Assembly (NCBI GenBank): GCA_003524085.1
Contig: DOEC01000006.1
Span: 1,146-65,145 of the forward strand
Source of the DNA: Bacillota bacterium
Lineage (GTDB): Bacteria > Bacillota_I > Bacilli_A > RF39 > UBA660
Direction of reading: 5' to 3'
Length of the DNA: 64,000 nucleotides
The notes beneath the pieces were generated by a model, which searched no databases, was not told the DNA's origin, and was given only the letters and a program-made list of their open reading frames with translations. A program made the position numbers and the translations under genes. Shown here one piece after another: positions 57,720 to 64,000 of this stretch; within the stretch, counting starts at the first letter, position 1, and the number at the start of each line of letters is the position of its first letter.

Positions 57720-59045
57720 TCACCAATCCAATTCTATTCTTTTATTTTTCTTTTCTTCTGCTTTTACTTCTTCTTTAATAACTTCTTTAGTTTCTTCTTT
57801 TACAGGTTTTTCTTCTAAAGCTAGTTCTTCTTTTCCTAAAATTTCTTCTAAACTTTTAACAGGTTCAGCTTTAATAACTTCTGGGACTATTTGTTTAGTC
57901 TCTTCTATTACTTCACTAGGTATTTCTTCTTCACTGCTAATAACTACTTCTTTATCAACATTTTTTTCTGTAAAAGTATCACTTTCTTTAAAATCATTGT
58001 TAACAACTTCTTGTTTATCCACATTTATTTTTGTGTTTGACCATTCTTTTATAAGTTCTTCTTTAACTTTACTAGCGTCAACATAGATTACATCTTTTTT
58101 ATTTTTTAAATAATCTATTTCAAGTCTAATCTTTTCTTTCTCATTGATGTCTATTATTCTTTCCGTCGTGTTAACGTAATTATCTTCTTTTAGTTTGTTA
58201 GATACATTATTCATTTTTGTAGTACATTTATCAAGCTCGTCTAGTAAAATTTCTTTTTTATTATTATTGTTAGTTCTGTTATTTCTAACATTTTCTAACA
58301 TCTTTTCTGCTTTTTCTAATGTATCTTTATTTCTTTCTTGTTTGCTTTCTAAATCATTTTTTGCATTTTCTAGTCTTTCGTATACTTCAAATGAGATGTC
58401 TGTATTTACTCCTTCATTAAGAACTCTGTCTATTCTTGTAAGGTCTTTATCTAACTTATCAATGTAATCTTTTATCTTATTAACAATGTTTACATCTTTT
58501 AACTCTACTTCTCTTAATTCGTCTAATTCCTTATTAACTGTTTTTAATTCAGCATTAAGTGAGTCTATTTTGTTGTCAAGATAAGCTTTGTATTTCTCGT
58601 CCATTTCTCTTTCTTCAGTATTCTTGTATTCGTAAGTATTAATTTTATCATTTAGTTCATTATACTTACTTTCAAGTTCATTAAGTCTTGTGTAAAGATT
58701 ACCAGCACTTAAGTTTTCTGTTCCTTTACTTGCAAGATTACCAAGAAGTTCTATTCTAGCTTTAACACTTGTATACTCTTTCCCTTCTTTATATGCATTA
58801 AGTAAGCTTTTACCAACTATTTCAGCGTTGTTTTCCCAATTTGCTTGTCTTAGTTTTAATGCATCTATTATTTTACTAAGAGTTTTTTGATTATTGCTAC
58901 CTTCTTTTTCACTTTGTAATTTCTTTATACTTTCTTTTGTCTTAGCAAGTTCTTCTTCACTATAGTTACTGTTAATGTCAAATCCAGCTTTCTTTACAAG
59001 TAAACTTACTAAACTTTTTATTGCTTCAAAATTATTGTTCATCAC
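57720..59045 (-). CDS. Long coiled-coil protein with an acidic/lysine-rich C-terminal tail (paralog B)
   Basis: Its N-terminus LVKKAGF is similar to paralog A. Confidence 0.5.
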   Translation of the reverse strand: MMNNNFEAIKSLVSLLVKKAGFDINSNYSEEELAKTKESIKKLQSEKEGSNNQKTLSKIIDALKLRQANWENNAEIVGKSLLNAYKEGKEYTSVKARIELLGNLASKGTENLSAGNLYTRLNELESKYNELNDKINTYEYKNTEEREMDEKYKAYLDNKIDSLNAELKTVNKELDELREVELKDVNIVNKIKDYIDKLDKDLTRIDRVLNEGVNTDISFEVYERLENAKNDLESKQERNKDTLEKAEKMLENVRNNRTNNNNKKEILLDELDKCTTKMNNVSNKLKEDNYVNTTERIIDINEKEKIRLEIDYLKNKKDVIYVDASKVKEELIKEWSNTKINVDKQEVVNNDFKESDTFTEKNVDKEVVISSEEEIPSEVIEETKQIVPEVIKAEPVKSLEEILGKEELALEEKPVKEETKEVIKEEVKAEEKKNKRIELDW

Positions 59046-59178
59046 TAACCACCTTATTTTCCTATTAATATGATATCATAATTATTTGTCAATTACAATT
59101 TTCATTTTTTAGACAATGAGTTTACAAAAAAAGCTAGACAAAGTGTCTAGTTAAAATGTCTTATTTTTGTAAATTATA

Positions 59179-60177
59179 CTATAATGTTTTCGTTTCATTA
59201 TTAAGTTCAGTTTTGTATGAAGTGATAGCTTCTTTTAAATCACTTTCTATTTTATATATTCCTAATGCTTTAGAAAAACTTTGTAAGTCAGTCCTGTAAG
59301 GTATGGAGAATGCTTGGTAAATGTTGTTTATATATGCTTTATCACTCTTTAATTTATCATACATATAATAACCATACACACATCCGAAAATATAATATAA
59401 ACTTCTTTGTGGGTGTAAGTCTTCTATTTCACTAGCAAAATAATCTTTTATTTTTGATAACTCTCTGTTATAGCTTTCTTCAGTCATTTTCCCGTATAGT
59501 TTTTTATAACTATCATACTCGAAGTCTCCAAAAGTAAAGTAAACATTAATGAATGCCATAATACGTATTAAATAACTTTTATTTAAAGTGTTCTTAAACC
59601 TTAGTTTTCTAACATACTTCATTTCTTCATTGTATCCCATACTGGATAACTCGTCTTCCATCAAGAATTCAGTAAATATTGCTAGGCTTTCACTCACCAT
59701 ATGGTCAGTTGTATTTTCAGGTATTCCAACAGTGTAATGAGCTAGTTCATGGGCAAATATTACTGCGTCAGTTATGTATCCTGAGTTTGGTATAGAGATA
59801 AATCTAAAATCGTCTTTTATTCCTGCACATCCAGCAACTATACCTTCATGTATACTTGGTAAATAGTCTTTATCATACTCATATTCTCTAAAATCAATTG
59901 TACCATCAGATAATATTTTATCAATTGTTTCATTACTTATTGGATAGTTATACTTTTTAAAAATTTTTTTAACTAAATCTATTTTTGTAAGTAAATCAAG
60001 TCTTTTATAATTTTCTAAGTCAACTTTGCTAAACTTTACATCAGCTAATTCTTCTTTTAGGTCTAAATATAATTCACTTATTTTAATAATTAAATTCAAG
60101 TTAGCTAATGTAATACCACTTAGTTTATTTTTAGATAAAAATTCATCTAACTTTATCTTTAATTCTTCGTTAGTCAT
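59179..60177 (-). CDS. Putative HExxH...E (gluzincin-type) zinc metallopeptidase, family uncertain (paralog 1)
   Basis: It carries AHELAHY, then ESLAIFTEF about 18 aa downstream. It is paralogous to 60958-61959. Confidence 0.5.
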   Translation of the reverse strand: MTNEELKIKLDEFLSKNKLSGITLANLNLIIKISELYLDLKEELADVKFSKVDLENYKRLDLLTKIDLVKKIFKKYNYPISNETIDKILSDGTIDFREYEYDKDYLPSIHEGIVAGCAGIKDDFRFISIPNSGYITDAVIFAHELAHYTVGIPENTTDHMVSESLAIFTEFLMEDELSSMGYNEEMKYVRKLRFKNTLNKSYLIRIMAFINVYFTFGDFEYDSYKKLYGKMTEESYNRELSKIKDYFASEIEDLHPQRSLYYIFGCVYGYYMYDKLKSDKAYINNIYQAFSIPYRTDLQSFSKALGIYKIESDLKEAITSYKTELNNETKTL

Positions 60178-60922
60178 TCTTTTTAGTCAATCCTTCTATT
60201 GCTTTTAATACTTCAATAGGAAGTGCAAATATTACTGTGTTACTTTGATCACTACTTAAATCGTTTAGAGTTTCAAGAGTTCTTAAATGTAAAGCACCAG
60301 GCGCCATGCTTAAGTTTTCTGCTGCCTTTTTAAGGTTCTCACTTGCTTCTACTTCACCGTGGGCTTTTGTGATAACTGCTAGTTTTTCTCTTTCAGCTTC
60401 TGCAACACGAGCAATTACTCTTTTCATTTCTTCAGGTAAACTGATATCTTTTAATTCTACGTTTTCAACTTTTATTCCCCATGGGTCAGTTGCCTCGTCT
60501 ACTATTTTACATATTTCAGTACTTATTTTATCTCTTTCACTTAATAATTCGTCTAGGCTTACACTACCAACTGCATTTCTCATTGTTGTCTGCGCTAGTT
60601 GACTTACTGCATAATTAAAGTTTTCAACTGCAAGTATTGCTTTAGATGCATCAAATATCTTATAGTATAATACTGCATTAATTTTAATTGATACGTTATC
60701 TTTTGTAATTGCTTCTTGTTCTGGTACGTCCACTGCTTTTGTTCTTATGTCAACTTTTTTAAATGAGTCAATAACCGGTAAGATTAAATTCCAACCTGGG
60801 TTCATTATCTTTTTAAACTTACCAAATCTAAATTTTATTCCCCTTTCATATTCGTTAATTTGTCTTATAGAACTAAATATTACAATTAGTACTATAACTG
60901 CTACAGGTATTAACAATTCCAT
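60170..60922 (-). CDS. SPFH/band-7 (stomatin/prohibitin-like) domain protein
   Basis: It has an N-terminal TM, an SPFH core and a C-terminal coiled coil. Confidence 0.8.
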   Translation of the reverse strand: MELLIPVAVIVLIVIFSSIRQINEYERGIKFRFGKFKKIMNPGWNLILPVIDSFKKVDIRTKAVDVPEQEAITKDNVSIKINAVLYYKIFDASKAILAVENFNYAVSQLAQTTMRNAVGSVSLDELLSERDKISTEICKIVDEATDPWGIKVENVELKDISLPEEMKRVIARVAEAEREKLAVITKAHGEVEASENLKKAAENLSMAPGALHLRTLETLNDLSSDQSNTVIFALPIEVLKAIEGLTKKND

Positions 60923-60957
60923 ATTCTTCTCCTCCTTTATTTTAACGGTACTATTTT

Positions 60958-61959
60958 TTACCTTATTTTTTCATGTCTATTTAATTCATCTATTGTGTCA
61001 GCAACCTCTTTTTTTAAATCAAACAACGTTACTTCTATTGCTTTTAAAAACTCAATTAGATCGTATTCACTATACTTATAAGACTTTTTAATTACATTAA
61101 TATACGACTTATCACTTATAAATCTTTTTGCAATATTTCTACCTACTAGACATCCAATTAAGTATCTCATTTTAATTGTAATGTTAGTTCTTCTATCATA
61201 TGCATCTTCTGTTTCATTTTCTCTCTTTTCTAGAAAATACTTTACATCATTTATTATATAATCATATTCTTCAAAAGATAACCCAGGAAACAATCTAGAC
61301 ATTCTTTCTTTTGAAATATCTTTAAAAGCCATATATGTTTCTAAAACGTATAATGTGTTATAGATTTCTTTAGTGCAGCTATATGCATTAGCAACTCTTA
61401 TTTTTGTAAATAAACGTGTATCTTTTTGATAGCCCATTTTATCAAGATTTTCAAGCATTAAACTTTCTACAAAAATTGCATATATTTCTGACTTAAATGT
61501 GTCGTTATAAGATTCTGGACAACCATAAATGTAATGTGCTAGCTCATGTGAAAGCATTACTGCATCTGTAACTTTGCCATTGTTTGTTATAGTTACTTTG
61601 GGAGTTTCATTCCAAACCACACTAGTAGAACCAATAATTTTATCATAGTCACTTCTACTATTTGATGGGTCATTAAATACAATTACACCATTATTAATTA
61701 GCTTATCTATATCAATATTTTCAAGCTGCACACAATATTTAGAAAACAATTCTTTAGTTAACTTAATTGAACTACTAATATCCATGTCACTTATTTGTCT
61801 CATATTAATATCTTTATATTTAAAATCTATTAAATATGGTCCTAATTTAATATACTTTTTGGCTATTTGTATAAATGCGCCTAAATCATTTAATAATTCT
61901 TCGTCGTCTATTTTATCAACTAGTTCTTTTACTTTTTCTTTTAGCTCATCATCACTCAT
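60958..61959 (-). CDS. Putative HExxH...E zinc metallopeptidase, family uncertain (paralog 2)
   Basis: It carries SHELAHY, then EIYAIFVESL. Its size and architecture match 59179-60177. Confidence 0.5.
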   Translation of the reverse strand: MSDDELKEKVKELVDKIDDEELLNDLGAFIQIAKKYIKLGPYLIDFKYKDINMRQISDMDISSSIKLTKELFSKYCVQLENIDIDKLINNGVIVFNDPSNSRSDYDKIIGSTSVVWNETPKVTITNNGKVTDAVMLSHELAHYIYGCPESYNDTFKSEIYAIFVESLMLENLDKMGYQKDTRLFTKIRVANAYSCTKEIYNTLYVLETYMAFKDISKERMSRLFPGLSFEEYDYIINDVKYFLEKRENETEDAYDRRTNITIKMRYLIGCLVGRNIAKRFISDKSYINVIKKSYKYSEYDLIEFLKAIEVTLFDLKKEVADTIDELNRHEKIR

Positions 61960-61963
61960 TTAT

Positions 61964-63049
61964 TCACTCCCCTATTTCTTTATTTTTCTCTATATTAACA
62001 CTACTAATCTCGTCAAATCTTTTGCTTATTTTATCAGTAGTAATATGGATATCTCTAACATCTTTGTTAACTGTCTCCATGTGTTGACTAAGTTTATCCC
62101 ACCTTTCTTTATAACGCATAAATTCTTCTCCTAGTTTATTTAATTCAGTGTGAATAATACTTGTATATTTATCTCTTTCCATACCCATTAAAATTGCTTG
62201 AACAAGTGTAAGTAAACTCATTAATGTAGTAGGACTTGCAATATAAACGTGCCTTGAATAGGCGTAGTTGATAAGGTTTGGATGGTATGCATTTATTTCA
62301 GCAAATATAGCTTCAGCTGGTAAAAACATTATTGCTTCATCTGATGTTTCTCCACTTATTATGTACTTACTTCCAATTGCATCAATATGTTTTTTCACAT
62401 CACTTTCAAACATCTTTTCTCTTCTTATTCTTTCTTCATCTGTTATTCCTTTTTCTAGCATATATCTATAGTTCTCCAATGGAAACTTTGAGTCAATACA
62501 AATTCTACCTAATGGAGATGGTGCAAAAACTATCGCGTCAGCAATAACGCCCGTACTTAAAGAATATTGTAAACTATAAACTTTATCATTCTTATCTCCG
62601 AAAACACTAGATAATATTTGATGCAAATTAACTTCTCCAAAAATACCACGACTTTTCTTATCCGTTAACACTGACTGTAAACTCACTATATCATTAGATA
62701 GCCCATCTATTTTCTTTTGTGCCTCGTCTATTTTAGCAAGACGCTCTAAAACTGACGCAAAAGTCTTGTTAGTCTTTTCAAAATTCACATCAAGTCTTTC
62801 ATTAACTTTATCATTAATCATATTAAGTTTGTGCTCTATTCTATCATTTAGTTTATCAAAGTCACTAGTTAAATCTCTAGAAAAATTTAACTTAAAATCT
62901 CCAATTTCCCTTATAATATCTCCTTCTACCTTACTTAAAGAAATATCATTTTCCTTATTCTTTTTAATATTTAATAACACTATAATTAACAATATTACTA
63001 CTAATACAACTAAACCTAATATTACATACTCCATACTATCACTCCTCAT
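61964..63049 (-). CDS. rmuC: DNA recombination protein RmuC
   Basis: It has an N-terminal TM, a coiled coil and the RmuC core ICIDSKFPLENY. Confidence 0.75.
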   Translation of the reverse strand: MRSDSMEYVILGLVVLVVILLIIVLLNIKKNKENDISLSKVEGDIIREIGDFKLNFSRDLTSDFDKLNDRIEHKLNMINDKVNERLDVNFEKTNKTFASVLERLAKIDEAQKKIDGLSNDIVSLQSVLTDKKSRGIFGEVNLHQILSSVFGDKNDKVYSLQYSLSTGVIADAIVFAPSPLGRICIDSKFPLENYRYMLEKGITDEERIRREKMFESDVKKHIDAIGSKYIISGETSDEAIMFLPAEAIFAEINAYHPNLINYAYSRHVYIASPTTLMSLLTLVQAILMGMERDKYTSIIHTELNKLGEEFMRYKERWDKLSQHMETVNKDVRDIHITTDKISKRFDEISSVNIEKNKEIGE

Positions 63050-63314
63050 AATTCAATTTTAACATAAGCCAATTACATTGTCAACCTTTTGTTCGCTAAT
63101 TTTGTAATAAAAAAATTCTACTACAAACATCTTTCACTTCTCATATTTAAATAACAAATATAAAACAGTAGAGTTTTAGTTCTACTGCTTTATATTGGTA
63201 AATACCTAGATCCGTTATTTACTCTGTTTCGGGTTTCCTACTAAAGAGTAAGGACTGACATTTACTGTATTCAAGTTATTTCTAACTTAGGAAATAAACT
63301 TGTTTCTCTACATC

Positions 63315-63572
63315 TTAGTCTACTATAACATTTGTTATGACTTTTCTTTTAAATTTAAACTCATTAACGAAATAATTTTTACAATATATTTCAAGCTTAA
63401 CTCTAGAGAAGTTGGCGGGACGCACGGCGTTAGTGTTGTCCACGTTGTTGTTGTTCAAATTCGCATTGTCGGAATTCCAGTTCCACACGTTCGCGTTCCC
63501 ATTGTTCCAATTGTTAGGAGACAAGGACCACACGAGTAAGGCAAGCTGAAGCCACGCGTACTTTATAGCTTA
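63315..63572 (-). pseudogene. Truncated copy of the C-terminal segment of the gene at 63741-64000 (DUF1566/Fib_succ_major-like tail)
   Basis: It encodes ...YAWLQLALLVWSLSPNNWNNGNANVWNWN...NAVRPA, parallel to the downstream copy. In-frame stops lie immediately upstream. Confidence 0.3.
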
Positions 63573-63740
63573 TTCCTATATCAAAAGTGTTTTCACACTT
63601 GATACCAAAATTAAATTTTCACAACTGGCACTCACGCGCCAGAAAGTATTAGTCTTTCTAGCACAGGTTAGTCAGTATTCATTTTTTTGCTTACCACCAA
63701 CTTACGTCGGTGGAGCCGTCCGGATTACAAGAGTCTCAGT

Positions 63741-64000
63741 TTAGCATCCACTTGAAGTTTCCACTATTTCATATGGTGTCTCATATGTCCCATCTCCTGT
63801 ACTATATTTGATACAAGATTTGAGAGAAATGGCGGGACGCACGGCGCTTGCGGGGCGGACGCGGCGGTAGTCCAAGTACACATTGCCGGAAGCCCAGTAC
63901 CACACGTACGCGCTAGACCCATACCATTGAATAGGCGACAAGGACCACCAATATGTTGATACTTGAGAACCAGTACTATTACTAATAAACCATGCATATG
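63741..64000 (-). CDS. C-terminal part of a protein running off the window end (Trp/Tyr/Gly/Asn-rich tail resembling DUF1566 / Fibrobacter-paralogous domain)
   Basis: The minus-strand frame reads ...YAWFISNSTGSQVSTYWWSLSPIQWYGSSAYVWYWASGNVYLDYRRVRPASAVRPA... and is open to the window edge. It is locally GC-rich. Confidence 0.35.
   Translation of the reverse strand, partial: YAWFISNSTGSQVSTYWWSLSPIQWYGSSAYVWYWASGNVYLDYRRVRPASAVRPAISLKSCIKYSTGDGTYETPYEIVETSSGC

Noticed and set aside
63400-63960. Considered GC-rich segments as an rRNA fragment or a structured ncRNA.
   Set aside because: Both copies translate in frame to parallel Trp/Tyr/Asn-rich peptides, so they are coding.

Overview
This window is a 64 kb chromosomal segment from a low-GC (about 28%) spore-forming Firmicutes genome that looks Clostridium-like. 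That assignment rests on spoIIGA and pro-sigma-E, yunB, a T-box-controlled type-3 proS and an arginine deiminase operon. Most genes are on the minus strand.

Housekeeping content includes a partial mraY, a class B PBP, lexA, nusG and secE, spoIIGA-sigE, arcABC plus a transporter, a glutamine-type amino-acid ABC transporter and miaB. It also includes ProRS, yvcK, uppP, a D-Ala-D-Ala carboxypeptidase, a pseudouridine synthase, rmuC, one lone tRNA-Ala and a 12-tRNA array.

Several things stand out:
1. A tandem array of three DUF1016/YhcG-like PD-(D/E)XK nuclease paralogs, with a 5' remnant and a distant frameshifted fourth copy. Every copy carries a different but structurally equivalent GC-rich 8-bp-stem hairpin at the same codon position. 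This is compensatory covariation inside coding sequence.
2. A 90-bp leader element duplicated at both edges of a 12.4 kb block.
3. A Dlt-like carrier-protein aminoacylation cassette (adenylating enzyme, carrier protein, MBOAT, SGNH protein) that has an embedded DAP-decarboxylase-family PLP enzyme. It sits beside acpS and an LtaS-like gene.
4. A transketolase homolog that has lost its catalytic histidines and TPP-motif residues.
5. A TetR gene with two in-frame TAA stops.
6. A Fic/Doc-like protein whose motif histidine is replaced by glutamine.
7. 23-bp iteron-like tandem repeats upstream of an AAA ATPase.
8. An internally duplicated double-metallophosphatase protein.
9. An HExxH - SPFH - HExxH - RmuC gene cluster.
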